Assembly (NCBI GenBank): GCA_964187785.1
Contig: OZ076411.1
Span: forward strand, 76,198,001 to 76,262,000
Origin: Amphiscolops sp. MND2022
Lineage: Eukaryota
Direction of reading: 5' to 3'
Length of the DNA stretch: 64,000 bases
This document shows, one piece after another, positions 1 through 12,540 of the stretch. The translations under genes were made by a program, and so were the position numbers. Every line of letters begins with the position of its first letter. Position 1 is the stretch's first letter. A model generated the notes under the pieces. That model did not search any database. It was not told the DNA's origin and saw nothing but the letters and a program-made list of their open reading frames with translations.

Positions 1-2148
1 TTGTCCCATTTTCGAGTTTTTGGATGTCAAACATTCATGTACTTAGAGAAACCAAAGCGAAGAAAACTTGAAAATAGAGCTTTGGAAGGTTTTTTCACTC
101 GGTTATAGCAACAATTCTAAATCATATCTGATCGGATTTTTCGATAGCGCAGAGCTCATCATGAAAAGTAGCTGAAATGTAAAATTCAACGAGACTAGTT
201 TTCCAGGAAAAACACACTTCGCAAACAATGAAAATGGCAGTGAATTTTTCTTCGAACTCAACGAAGGGGGGAGTGAAGTAGAGTTGCAAAACACGGAATC
301 ATTCGCCGATACACACAACTTGATAAAAGATGTGAGTGAGTTGCCAAACGATAATTTAGGCGGTAATCCAGAAACTTTGGTTAACGAAATTTCCGACGAG
401 AGTATAACACAAAATCATCCGCATACTTCAACTGTGCATACTACGACTAGATACGAACGAAAAGTCAAGCCGCCCAACAGATACGCACCAGGTACAAGCA
501 GCAACTTGTCTTACAATTTAGGTTCGTCTGAGTTCGATGAGATTGAAACGCTTGCATACCATAGCGATTATGTTGATCAAGAGTTACCGAAAAGCATTGA
601 AGAAGCACTTTTTTCTCCAGAGTGGTATCGTGCAATGAAAGCGGAATACGTCTCTTTTCAGAAAAATGAAGTTTGGGACATTGTTGAAATGCCAGAAGGA
701 AAAAAAACCTCGTTACAGGTAAATGGCGTTTTGCACTTAAGCGAAACAGTAAAGGAGAAATTATTAGGCACAAAGCAAGACACGTAGCTAGAGGATTCAG
801 ACAAAAACGAGTTGTTGAATACGATCAAACATATAGTCCGACTGTCAAAATAGTAACACTTCGAGTTTTACTGAGTTCGGCAGTTCAAAACGAAATGAAA
901 TTGAAACAGTTAAACATAATAACCGCTTACTTGAACGCAGGTATAGAAGACAAAATTTTTGTTGATCAACCACCAGGATTTGTTAAGAAAAATGCCAACG
1001 GCAAAAGCTATGTTTGTAGATTGAAAAAATCACTTTATGGATTGAAGCAGTCCAGTCGCAACTGGTTCATTTCCCTAAAACATTTTTTGCTCAGCATTCA
1101 GTTCAAGCCGAGCAAAAGTGATCCATGTTTGTTTTTGAGGGAACGAAACGGTCATAAGGATTTTGTAGCAAGTTGGGTAGACGATTTAGTCTACTGTAGC
1201 GACGATATTAATTTTACAAAAATTTGAGAAAGCACTGAGCACAAAGTTCTTGATCAGTGAAGTTGACGACTTGAACTGGTTCTTGGGAATGCAAATCAGA
1301 CATGAAAAAGGTAGACTAGAAATTTCTCAAGAAAACTACATTGAAAAATTACTTTGGAATGAAAGATGCCAAAGGACTTTTTACGCCTGTTGCTGAAAAG
1401 CAACTAATCAGTAAGTCGGACTGTCCTGACGAAGGCAGCAAAGACCAAAAGGAGATGAAAAATTGTAAATTTCGTGGAATGATTGGTTGTCTGAATTACT
1501 TAGCGAACACAACAAGACCTGATATAACTTTCGCCGTCAGAGCCTTAAGTCGATACGTTCAAAATCCAGGCCGTAAACATTGGTTACAAGGAAAACACAT
1601 TTTGAGGTATCTAAAGGCAACAAAGTGTAGGAAACTGACGTAAAAAAATCCAAAACACTCGCGCTCACAGGTTTCAGTGATGCCAACTGGGCAGGAAAGT
1701 TAGATGATAGGAGGTCCACCAGTGGTTTTTGCTTCTTTTTGATTTCAGAATCAGGAGCTATTAGTTGTTCTCTATTAGAGTTCTAAGTTACAGACAACCG
1801 TGGCGACCTCTACAGCTGAGGCAGAAACAATGTCGTTATTTGCAGCTTCTCAAGAACTTGAATTTCTGCAGGGCCTAGCGAACGAGACCGTAATTGACAC
1901 TGAAAAACATACTAAGGTACATGTAGACAATCAGGCTTGTTTCACCATAACTAAAATTACAGTGAATTCTCAGAAAATGAAGCATTTTGCAATTAAGTTG
2001 AGCTTCTCACAAGAAAAAAAGAAATGCGACATTTGGATGTTGAGTTTTGTCCAACCAGTGAAATGATTGCCGATTTGCTAACTAAACCATTACCAAAAAT
2101 TAAGGTTGAAACGTTCAGCAAAAGACTCTCCGGAGAGTGTAACTTGTA
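1..2148 (+). mobile_element. Degenerate Ty1/copia pol remnant (integrase C-terminus, RT, RNase H)
   Basis: Broken-frame motifs FRVFGCQTFMY near base 10, [105 protein letters not shown]; many stops and frameshifts; runs off the window start. Confidence 0.93.
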
Positions 2149-2157
2149 ATCGAGCTC

Positions 2158-2363
2158 CGAAAAGGGGGGATTTTTAAAATATAAGAAGTCATAGCATGTT
2201 TCGAAGCTAGAAACAAGATTTTTAAAATGTTTGAACAACTTCTCCAGTTAAAACAAGTGACGCTTTTTGTATTTCAGCGGGATATAATCATTACCTTCTG
2301 ATGTTTGTTTTGTAAATAACTTTTCTGTTAACTTCTCTGAATACAGTTGAATTGAAACTAACA
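2158..2363 (+). repeat. Polypurine tract and probable 3' LTR of the copia remnant
   Basis: AAAAGGGGGGA directly after the RNase H end, then an AT-rich ~190 bp ending AAACTAACA; the expected TG start is mutated and no partner LTR lies in the window. Confidence 0.45.
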
Positions 2364-2373
2364 ACTCTTCGTC

Positions 2374-4460
2374 TCACTCAGCCTCAAAAGTGAAATCGAC
2401 GATGCAAAAAATTAATACAGCACTCCATTGGTTCACTGGTTGACCCAAAGCTCCTAGTGCCTTCAGGTGCTCATTGGTGATTTCGTGTAGTTTCCTGAGA
2501 CCAGAACCGGATTCTACTTTCATGGACGACTGAGACCAGATGGCTTGTAAATGAGCATGCACTATTCTTCGTGTGTTCTCGTATATGTCTTTCAGTAGCT
2601 GCCACGCAATGGGGTAGTTGGCATCTGTGATTCTAAGTGAGCTGAATATTTTCGCTGCATCACCTTTTATGCTGGCCTTCAGGTAATTTAGTCTCTCAGA
2701 TTCCGAAAAAAAGACTGCTTGAGCCCACTAGGGGGAGCAGAAATTAACTATCAACGAGGAGCGAGGATCGCATGGAAACAAAGTGCTTGACGAAATTCTC
2801 GGCAAGAAGTGGGATCTCCTCCAAACCAGGCCGCATGCTGAGAAGTTTTTCAATCATGTCCTCTTGGGGGTGCGGTTCAAAGTAAAATCCAGTCTCGCTT
2901 TTGAAGCCCTCAAAATTCAAGTTCAAGGACACAGAGGTTGCTACGAGGATTATGAAAACTATCGCGAGTTAATCTCGAAAAACACAAAAACCTCCTTGGC
3001 AGCTTAATAACTGGTGCATTTTCAATCATTCGTTTCTGTTTTATGCTGTAAATGCTGGGTACTTTGTATTTCGTTAGATGATATTAACATCTACTTTTAC
3101 CAAAAAAAATTCGTGGAATTAGATAGCTCTTGATTCGATTATTGTCGTTTTATTACTTCAACTACTTCTGAGGAAAAATGTTGAGTTAGTAGAGAGTGAA
3201 ATTTACAATGACCAAGAGGAGGCAATGGAATTCTTGAACAAATTTGAAGGACGAAGTGTATAAGAATTACTATTTATCTACATGTTTTCCGCAGAAGTTG
3301 TATATCAAAAACCTAATACTAGTGTAAGGAATCCTTATAACGGGGTTATATTTTAACAATCCTCGTGAATCTTGTAATGTTTATTGTTTACACGTATACA
3401 AAATCCTTCGTTTTCACCAATTATTAAAAATCCTCATGTACAACGAATTATTAGAACATTGAAATAGGTAATGTTAATACAAAAAATAATACATTAGGGG
3501 CCAGTGAAAACTCTCTTATAAAGCTTTCGAGTATTGTTAATAAATTTTTGAGGTTTTTGGAAGTTGTGTCTTGTAATGCTGCTGCTTGGAAGAGGTCAAT
3601 ACCAGTTACCCAATTGGTATAGGCACCTGTGAAAATTGGCATTTGGAGCTTTGGCAGACGCATGCGTCCTGTAGTCGTCGGACTTGGAGAGGTTGATGCG
3701 GCTGCTGTAAGTCCCGCTTCAACTGGGTCTTGATAATGTCAATTAGGGCACTGAGTTGAGATATGGCGATGTTCAACCTAGTCTCGTAGTCTGAACATAC
3801 CTCCTGTTCTTGTGACTGCTTGGCATTGTCTTCAATTTTGAGCTCGATCTCTGCGTCCCACCTTGGGTTGTATGGCACTTGTTCTGCAATGTAGAAAACA
3901 GCGCCTCTGCTTCGCATAGCTTCTGACTGGAAACTGCGTCAAGTGCTACGAGGTCATCAACTCTGGTCTCGTATTTTGTGAAAGCTGCCTTGTGTCCTGC
4001 CCTCAAACGCATTAGTTTGCGAACATCTTCTTCCCAGTTGTTTGTTTCTGCTTCAACCATATCCGGGTCGCTGGACCAAATGTTCGCGCCGATGTCCCTC
4101 TGTTGGATGCGAGAGTGCTTCACTTGTAGCTTGTGAAGTCGACTCGCCTTCGATTCTAAAATGGCAAACTAAAAGACTGCGATTTTCTGCTGAAGAGACT
4201 CGAACAAAACTGTGTGAAAGCATTGAAAGCTTTATTAGACGAAAAGATTGTTGCTTTTTGCCATTCAAGACAGTTCACAGCTCTCATTATGGGGGGTGAG
4301 GTTTTGAGAACGAAGCACAATGTTTAGAAATCATGTACCAGTCAATCGACACAAATGACACAGGATTATGCAATCAGAGTTATGTAATTGCATGCCTGTT
4401 GGCTAACAAATATGTTGTGTGCATTTGCAACACACACGGTTCAATTTGGTTCACACAACA
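2374..4460 (-). mobile_element. 5' remnant of a BEL/Pao LTR retrotransposon (LTR, PBS, gag), interrupted at ~2729-3580
   Basis: Minus strand: MVEAETNNWEEDVRKLMRLRAGHKAAFTK, RLPKLQMPIFTGAYTNW..DLFQAA, then after the insertion ERLNYLKASIKGDAAKIFSSL..NYPIAWQLL..LRKLHE..QPVNQWSAVLI (DUF1759-type gag). PBS at 4061-4078; LTR ends ...CGAACA at 4081; far LTR end (~4460) is tentative. Confidence 0.85.
4061..4078 (-). promoter_or_regulatory. Primer-binding site of BEL/Pao element
   Basis: TGGTCCAGCGACCCGGAT lies 2 nt after an ...ACA LTR end and directly before the gag ATG; resembles the common BEL PBS TGGTCCTTCGAGCCGGAT. Confidence 0.75.
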
Positions 4461-4659
4461 AATAGGCAACGTAAAAATTTATTGGGGCGAAAGCAACGAT
4501 AATGGGGTTAGGAAAGGTCAACAAAACAAGGATAACATTCAGCACGTAATGACTGTCAACTTTTATGAACTCAAAAATTCGTTTTCAACTAAAATTTACA
4601 AATCATAGTTCCAACCAAAAATATAAACGAAGAAAGAGTAAAATTGTGCTGTTTTAGGG

Positions 4660-5452
4660 ATGAATGAGCATGAGGCTGCATTGGGACTGACAACGGACCT
4701 GGAGTTGGGGAGCCTTCCCTTGACTCGGGTGAAGGCAGGTGGTGTAAGGGACTTCTTGAGGCAACGGAATATCCCATTGTTGCACGTGCCAATCCTCTGC
4801 TGCGTTGCACCAACGGAGCAGCGAGGAGGGCTGCAGTTTGCTTCCTGAGTGAGAAGCAGCTTCTGTCAACCTTCAAGGGTCCACGGATGAAGGACGTTGC
4901 TTTTGACGGTCTTCTAGAGGCTCCCTGGCGATACGAGGCCCTTTACCCAGACCCGCTAGGAGATTAATATGTGGATGTTGTCCAGGATATTAGCAGTTAC
5001 TTGCTCCTTGCTCCTTGCTCCTTGCAAGTGGTGGTAGGGCATGGAGTGGTTGGCATACCGACACCAACCCTGGAGGAAGCGTTACCAGTCAGTTGGAGAG
5101 GGAAAGGAAGTTGTGGTTCTTCACCACTCGCACACGTGAGGTGAAGATCCTCCGCAGAAAAGGCGTTGTACCTCCAGCAGATAGGCCTCGTTCCCTGCCC
5201 AGTAAGCTCCGGGATGATTTGCAGCAGTTCCGGGAGCACATAGTGTATTGCATCTAAGAGCCCCCCGATGTGGTCCTGTTCTCCCCATTGACCACGCACT
5301 GTGTGCTGACGGGACCAGGGCCAGCTGCTTTGATGACCACTACACTGAATGTCGAGGAGTCTGAGGAGGAAGGGCTTCAGTGCCAGGGCGCAGTGTCAGC
5401 CTCAAGGAGTGAGACGCGTCGTAAGGGTGCCATGTTCACGAAAGCAAAGTAG
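4660..5452 (+). pseudogene. JmjC-like (cupin, Fe(II)/2-oxoglutarate dioxygenase) pseudogene, copy 1
   Basis: Joined frames read SYLLLASGGRAWSGW-HTD-TNPGGSVTSQLERERKLWFF ... YCI*EPPDVVLFSPLTT-H-CVLTG, i.e. HxD...H triad with JmjC-type RKLW and xEPGD strands; two stops, frameshifts, and a TTGCTCC x3 expansion. Confidence 0.7.
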
Positions 5453-5639
5453 GGGAAAAGACGGTCCAGGATTCTTTGGGTGAGGATCGCTTTGAAACAA
5501 AATAATATACAAAATACAAATACCCACTTCTTCAAAAGTATTCCACTTGATGTCAATTTAACTCGGACGGTTCTTAGTCAACAAACGAAGTCAAAATCTT
5601 TTCACTTTTTTGGGGAACCATTTTGAAATTTTTTCCAGA

Positions 5640-6809
5640 TTCTTATAGGCGACACATGGCTTCGAACCACGTCAAGCAAGATACGGAAGTCGACAAGTAG
5701 CTGTAAGCACCGAAAGTGGCGCTGAATTGGCCTCACATGTTTTCAGTTGCTTTATAGAAAGCCCCCAGCCCAAACGAGACGTAATTTTGAAAATTAACTT
5801 ACAAAACGCTTTCAATTCGAGAAACCAAAAATTCATGCTACAGAAAGATTTGAAGCACCCTGGGTTTATAAGTACTCACACTCGGCGTACAGTCAGTCAA
5901 GTTTTCTTTTTCACGGTCATTCAGTAATCAAATCTTGTGAAGGGAGCCAGCAAAGAGATCCTGAGACTCCAGTTTTATTTTCGAACCATTTTGTTGAGAG
6001 GAAAACGCGCTGGGACTCAAAAGTAAACCCACGAAAAGCGAATTTTGTTTGATGACATCACTGAAAAACGACTATCGACAATTTTAGCATCTTTCCACCA
6101 CTGTGCCCCGAGATCAAAACACCAAAGAAAGATGAACTTATGTTTTTGGTTCACCGCTCGGCCCGATATCGCAGGCAGACTTATTGGAAAAGAAAATTAT
6201 TGAAATGGAAAAAGGTAATGGAATTGTTGAATAACTAAACGCGCATTATGATTTTTATTTGTTGAAACATTGCTTCACTCTGCCAAAGTTGTTGTTCTTC
6301 CTGAGAACGTGTACATGTTTTAATCTACCAGCTCTCTTGGAAGCTACTCGGAAAAACAACTAGGAAAGCCCTCTCGATGGAACCCAGAAAAATTGGACAC
6401 AACCTGTCTACGTCAAAATCGCCCAAGATTTGATTTTTGGAATGGGTAAAAAACGTTCGAAAATTTTAAACGCTCATCTAGACCAATTCGGGTCTCAATG
6501 GCTGAACGTCGTTCCTTCCAAGAACTTGGGCTGAATCTTGATGACAAACAGCGTCCGATTTCAATTGGCTAACGTCTCTGAGCCAATATCTGTGTTGCGC
6601 AAACGTGCCACTGTGGTGAAAGAGTTGAACATTCTCTGTAAAATACTGTGTCATTCGCACGATGATCAACGAGTTGGCAGATTTTTGAAGCAACGGATTC
6701 CAATGGCTCTTCAAAATGGCAATACGGGATGTGTTTTAGAAACTGTTCAAAACAATTTATTACATATAGTTTTTCAAACCTCTATATCATTGCAGCTTTT
6801 TTAAAAAAA
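5640..6809 (+). mobile_element. Degenerate CRE-clade (R2-group, restriction-like endonuclease) non-LTR retrotransposon, 5'-truncated
   Basis: Fragments KINLQNAFNS, EGSQQRDP, LFDDI, LLKHCFTLPKLLFFLRT, WLNVVPSKNLGL and terminal FLKQRIPMALQNGN; short A run at ~6803-6809. Confidence 0.75.
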
Positions 6810-6894
6810 GTTTCATACTGGTCGATTGGGATAGTGGCTGGTATGAGTAGCTTGTTTGTTGTTTTTTTATACTTGTCTTCTGGGATAGTGGCTC

Positions 6895-7016
6895 GTAGGG
6901 GGTCCCTACTTTCGTTGCAGACCACTGGTGAGTGTCTTCACCCCACCCCCCCCCCCCCCCAACATGATGAACACCTGATTGATGACGAAGATCCATGATA
7001 TGTGATAGAGGAAAAA
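6895..7016. repeat. Short dispersed repeat, second copy at ~34290-34404
   Basis: Both copies show a 7-bp hairpin, TTCGYYGCAGACCAC, a C run, CAACATGATGA, GATGAC(G/A)AAGA(T/A)CCA(T/A)GATAT(G/C)TGATAG and an A-rich end. Confidence 0.55.
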
Positions 7017-7789
7017 TTGCCACACTGAATCATATAGTTCAGTGTGTGACTCCCGAATTCCTCGCCCTCAAGTCGGTTCTTTTTAGACGAAAAAAAACTA
7101 GCCCTCACACACGCTAGGAATTCCAAACTCACACAATGAACTATGTATTTTATGGTACCAGTTGTCTGTCTTTTATCACTCAGTAATTTTACATCCTTGT
7201 TCATTTGACTGGGCAGAATTTACATTTCAGAAACGTGTTTCTCACTGATGATGAATGTACTGACATTCAAAAAACTATTGAACAGAACACCCGTTTTCCT
7301 ATTTTTGAACAAAATGATAGTGTTTTACAAGTGACTAAAATTGAAAAAACACTCAGCAGTGACATTTATAACTTAGTGGAAATCAAAAAGCTTTTGACGA
7401 GACTCGAGAGCAACACAACTGCTGATGCAATCAATCGAACTTCATCTCTTGTTTTGAAACGGGTCTGTATCAGCTTAGCGTGAAAAAATCAGGTAGTGAT
7501 TCAAAAGAAGACAGACAGACAGAGAGAGAGAGCCAACACTATAATTTTATTCGATGATAGCTGACAGCTTACCATGCAATGAGTGTAATTGACTTATGCA
7601 AGCATAAGTAGTTTTCTCGAAATTCACAAACAACTTTGAAAAAAGACAAGTTTATTTGAAGAGGAAACTACGCCAGGTACTAGCTACTTTGAAAAACAAC
7701 TTCATTTGACTCAGTTTGCAGATGACTTTTCAATCGACTTTTGAAGACATGTAGGGTCATACTTGGATCTCGCATATTTAGCTGTACTG

Positions 7790-8500
7790 AGTTCCACTTC
7801 AGTGAAAAACAATGGAAGAAGTTGAAACGGATGAAAAATTAACCATATAGATAACTTGATTCGTACGGAAGTTCCATCGATATGTTGCCGTAGGAAATTT
7901 CAACGAATTTTTAGAAACTTTTTTGCTCATTAATGAACTGAAAGAAGTAAATCAAAGATTTGAACATAATCTTGTGACGTATACTGACTATACTCTTGTT
8001 TTTTCTCAACTCAAAAGATGACTTGATCTTTGAAGAAAAATACACGCTCTTCAAGGCCCAATTCGTCTTTTTTTCCAGTGAGAGCAATAAAAAAGAATTA
8101 ATTTTGGGAAACCGTAAAGAATAGTCCAGGTGACTGATCACAAAAGCTTGGGAAAGCAAAGGGAGTACCTCTGTTGGGAACCTGTTCAGTACAGTTTGGA
8201 ATCCAAGGTGCCTCTCAATGATTACACCTAAGTAATAGCAATGATTCAACTTGTTCATTATGGTGGAGCCTACAGTAACTGTCTCTAAGTCGCTGATGCG
8301 TTTATCACTTTTGACGCAGAAGTAATTGACTTCTGTTTTACTTGCTTTCAAATTCGATAGATTGAAACAAAATTATACTTCCAACTTATTAATATTGTCT
8401 TGTAATACTTCAAGAGCAACCTCGTATTTTTTATCACTTCAAAAACAAAACTAAACAAACATCAGCATACTGTAATATTGGAACAGTTCGGCTTGTATTT
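7790..8500 (-). mobile_element. LINE (L2/CR1/Jockey-like) RT C-terminal fragment
   Basis: Minus strand ILQYADVCLV (decayed YADD), KASKTEV, YYLGVIIERHLGF, AFVISHLDYS. Confidence 0.75.
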
Positions 8501-8529
8501 CGAATTCCGATCTCGCGTTTGATTGTTTC

Positions 8530-11500
8530 AATAAACTAGCATCTTGCGCAGAAACTTTCGATCAAAAACCAAATTGAAGTTGGGTGAGTACCCCCTGACT
8601 CTCTGCGTAAGCAGTTATTTGTTTGTGCAAACATTTCTCCAGGATTTCTGAGAACGGAGTAGTGATAGAAATGGCAATAATTTAATGGGTATAAGATGTC
8701 ATCTTTTTTGGTCAGTAATCGGATTGATGGACCTATCCGGGATAGAAACACGCGATCGAAATTGTCGCAGTAGAAAATTGTCAAAAAGTTAGAATCAGGT
8801 AAGAGTTTGAAGAATGACTCCAGTCAATAATATTCAAACAAGCGCCATAAATCAGATGGTTATTGGGCGGCTCCTATACTCCCCAGGAATGCTTCTGAGA
8901 TAAAGCGGCTTTCTATTGCGTCCTTAAAAGATAGTAAAGTCTTCAAATTTCCTGTCGTGAAAATGACTTCTCCGACATTGTGAGCTGACAAGTTTTGTAC
9001 CTTTAAGAGTTGATTTTGACTGAGAGACGTCCATGTGGTTTGTGTCCAGGTGTAACAGCATTGCTTCTTCGTGGTTTTGGCGAATGATGGGTTCGGAAAT
9101 TGAGCTGTTTTCAGATTGCAATTGTTGGTTGAACTCTCATGCTTTTGGAAGTGGGGCAACGTGAGGTGGGTTGTCTGGGACAGTTGGTTGTTCCCAATTT
9201 TATGATCTTCTAACGCGGTGTTTGTTGTCGATTCAGTTTGTTCGACAGAGATGATACTGTGTGGAAATTTGGGGCTTTGTGATGACAACGGGACGACTTA
9301 ATCGAGACCCGGATTTTATTTGTTGGTGCTGGAACTTTTTGGGGCGACCTGTTGTCAGTCGGTTGCTAGTTTATTGGAGGATTGACTTTTTGGTTGAGTG
9401 TAACGGATGGTGGAGATACAATAACTATCTTGTCTATCACCGTTGTATACGAGGGGATGAACATCATTGCCATCGTGTCTCGTTTTGGTGGTGTCGAGGT
9501 TCATGTTTGTTTTCTACACAAGCTCATGGAAGGATACATTGATCGCCTCTTTGAATGATAGAGTAGTGTGATAGTATAACTCCGGGATCTGGTAATGTTC
9601 ACAACCTTAGTCTGGTTCTTGGATATAAGTTTCGGTAGTAGTGCCGGGTAGTAGAGGACGTCCAGTCAAGTTTTATAGTTGGGGGATTCCTAGGTCCTTT
9701 TCTGAGTATTTTAGTTAGTCGGTGTTTACTTCGGTATATTTGATGAGGCGTCTGATGAGCCATCTCCGCTGCCAGTCGATGGATGGTTCACCAGAGCACT
9801 CTACGAACACTTGTAAATCGTGTTCTTTCGTGGTTCTGATATTCTGTAAAATCGATAGTCAGTGTAATCCCCGAATCCAAGACGTGGCTCTAGGAGTTTT
9901 GTTGGTCTTTAGATGACGTGTCATTGTTTGTGGCTGCATGGTTTGCTGTAGGTACATTAGATGTTGGCGGTATTGGGATGTTGTTCGACGGTGTTGCTAT
10001 AGTTGTAATCCACCACGTGAGTGGCTTGCCAATTTTGCTCTGTAGTAGCAATCTTTAGTACCATAGGTTTTTTTTCAAAGGTGTTGCATGGTGTGCTTTG
10101 GGTTTTCTGGGAACGTTTAACCCTGTTGCGTTTTCCGCAATTTCGCAATTGATGGCCTGGGTTTTCACAGCTGGAGCAGTGTCCTGTTGTTTTTGGTGGT
10201 CTTTCCTGGTGGGGTTGGTGGTTGGCGTCTACGTGGGGTACCCCATCTATTGGTGTTTCATCCGGTGGTTCTTAGCCATTCAGCTCAATCTCGCTTTCGT
10301 ACGACTCCGTTTCCAAAATGGCTTGGTTTAGGACGTTTTTGAGGAGCGGCTAAATTTTTGCATAGAAGGCTGTCTCTATGAATTTGGGGGCGTCCTCTCC
10401 CTCTGCTTCATGACCTAAGTTTTGGTAATGTACCAGAAAACCTGGAATCGTTTGTTGGCTGGGGTTTATCAACAAATTATCCTAATTGCATTGTGCTGTT
10501 GCTATTGATTGTGGTAAATCGTGGTCTTTCGTGGTTCTGATTTTCTGTAATATCGATTGTCAGTGTAATCCCCGAATCGAAGACGTGGCTTTAGAAGTTT
10601 TGTTGGTCGTTAGATGACGTGTCATTGTTTGTGGCTGCATGGTTTGCTGGAGGTACATCAGGTGTTGGCGGTATTGGGATGTTGTTCGGCGGTGTTGCTA
10701 TAGTTGTCATCCACCACGTGAGTGGCTTGCCCATTTTGCTCTGTAGTAGCAATCTTTGGTATCATAGGTTTTTTCCACAGGTGTCGCATGGTGTGTTTTG
10801 GGTATTCTGGGAACGTTTAACCCTGTTGCGTTTTTCGCAATTTCGCAATTGATGGCCAGGGTTTCCACAGCCGAAGCAGTGTCCTGTTGTTATTGGTGGT
10901 CTTTCGTGGTGGGGTTGATGGTTGGCATCTAAATGGTGGACCCCATTTATTGGTGTTTCATCCTGTGGTTCTTTGCCATTCAGCTCAATCTCGCTTTCGA
11001 GATAGTGTACCATAGTTTCGTACGACTCCGTTTCCAAAATGGCTTGATTCAGGACGTTTTTGAGGAGCGGCTGCATTTTTGCCTAGAAGGTTGTCTCTAT
11101 GAAATTGAGGGCGTCCTCTCCATACGCTCCATGACCTAAGTTTTGGAGAAGTACCAGAAAACCTGGAATTGTTTGCTGGCTGGGGTTGAACAACAAAATA
11201 TCCCATTTGCATTGTGCTGTTGCTATTGATTGTGGTTTGACGTTTTTTGGACGAAACCCTGCTAGTATGTCATTAAGTGGGCTACGGTTTACGTCCGTCA
11301 TATTTTTGAAGGTCTGGAGGGCCTCAACCTTACGTAGTGAGTAGAAAGACTGGATTTCTCCTCATCAGTGCTTTTTGAGTATACTTTGAGGCTTGTTTGG
11401 AATAAATCTTCAAAGTGTTCGAAGTTGTCGGTTTTGCCATCGAAAGTTGGCATGGTTGTGGACATTGATAGGGCAATCTGACGACACTTGAATTTTGTTT

Positions 11501-11780
11501 TGGGTTGCCGTTTGCAACGGTTGAAGGAGCTTCAACTGTTGAAGATCGTTGGTGATTGATGTTGGTTCGCTGTAACGCCTGTCATCATGTTGAGACTATC
11601 GTTTCTACTCCTGTTTCAAGCGTCTGTACTAGTAGCGCTGATCGATACATCCGAGAACCTTCCTTGATATCGATTACAGAATTGAAACACCCTTGTTCCA
11701 AAGAAGAGTTTGACAAGTTGTCAACCTTGGAAGACAAGTTTTCTGATAGACGGAGGTCTTCTTTTTGACTATGTGTTGTT
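8530..11780 (-). mobile_element. Degenerate Gypsy-like gag/protease region
   Basis: Minus strand MPTFDGKTDNFEHFEDLFQTSLK, ALQTFKNM, KPQSIATA, YGKMQPLLKNVLNQAILETESYETMVHYLESEIELNG, zinc knuckles CFGCGNPGHQLRNC and CDTCGK; decayed protease-like sequence further left. Confidence 0.7.
9814..11235. repeat. Tandem duplication inside gag (units 9814-10514 and 10515-11235)
   Basis: Two ~700-720 bp units, roughly 85-90% identical by eye, each starting TAAATCGTG and ending GCTATTGATTGTGG. Confidence 0.9.
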
Positions 11781-11786
11781 GGTGAC

Positions 11787-12540
11787 AGTCATCAGAAAAC
11801 CGATTGGGAACATGGTTGAAAACAAGTCCTAAACGTTCAGGAACGTGATGAAACTTGTTGAAAGTTGAGAGAAAAGTCGACAATCTGCAAAGCCCCCAAT
11901 GGGTTTTATCAAAGACTGTTAGTCATAGAGCCATGAAACTTGGTGCACATTTGCAGGTGGCTAACACACAAACACACCGGTCAAGTTTTCAGGTCATCTA
12001 TCAATTGTAACCTCCTTTACTCCTCACATGTGTGTTATCCAATCCGAAACGAAAACATTATTGTTTACTCATAATACCAACTTAGAATGAAACTCTGTTG
12101 AAACTGGTAATACTTACATTGTGTAAACATACTTTCCAGCCCAACTAACAATCTTCCCAATTCCACCTCATAGTTTGTTTACACAGCCAGTAACTTCATA
12201 TTATGCTTTAAATGTCATTTATTTATACGCATTCATGTTTGCTCAAGATTTACAGCAAAAGCGTGAACCAGATTTCTACCATTACTAGATGAAGATTCTA
12301 ACGATTGAATAGCTTTGGTCACATAGGTTCTCAGAACCACGAGACTAATCAACTTTCTAAATTCTTACAACTTTTCACTAGAGTCGGAGCGAACACGTAG
12401 CTACTCTCATAGGTGAAGGGCCGGAGCGCGTGAAGATACAGACCGGAAAGTTTGTGACGCATCTCACCATATCCAACGCAAAGTAGAGCAGGATCACCAG
12501 GAAATCCTACGGGTCACATAGGACCCACCAGCCAAAAGAT
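11787..12540. repeat. ~750-bp dispersed direct repeat, copy 1 (LTR-like or leader of the Gypsy-like family)
   Basis: Colinear with 17536-18333 from AGTCATCAG to CCACCAGCCA(A/G)AAGAT, roughly 75-80% identical; no TG..CA ends or TSD found. Confidence 0.75.
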
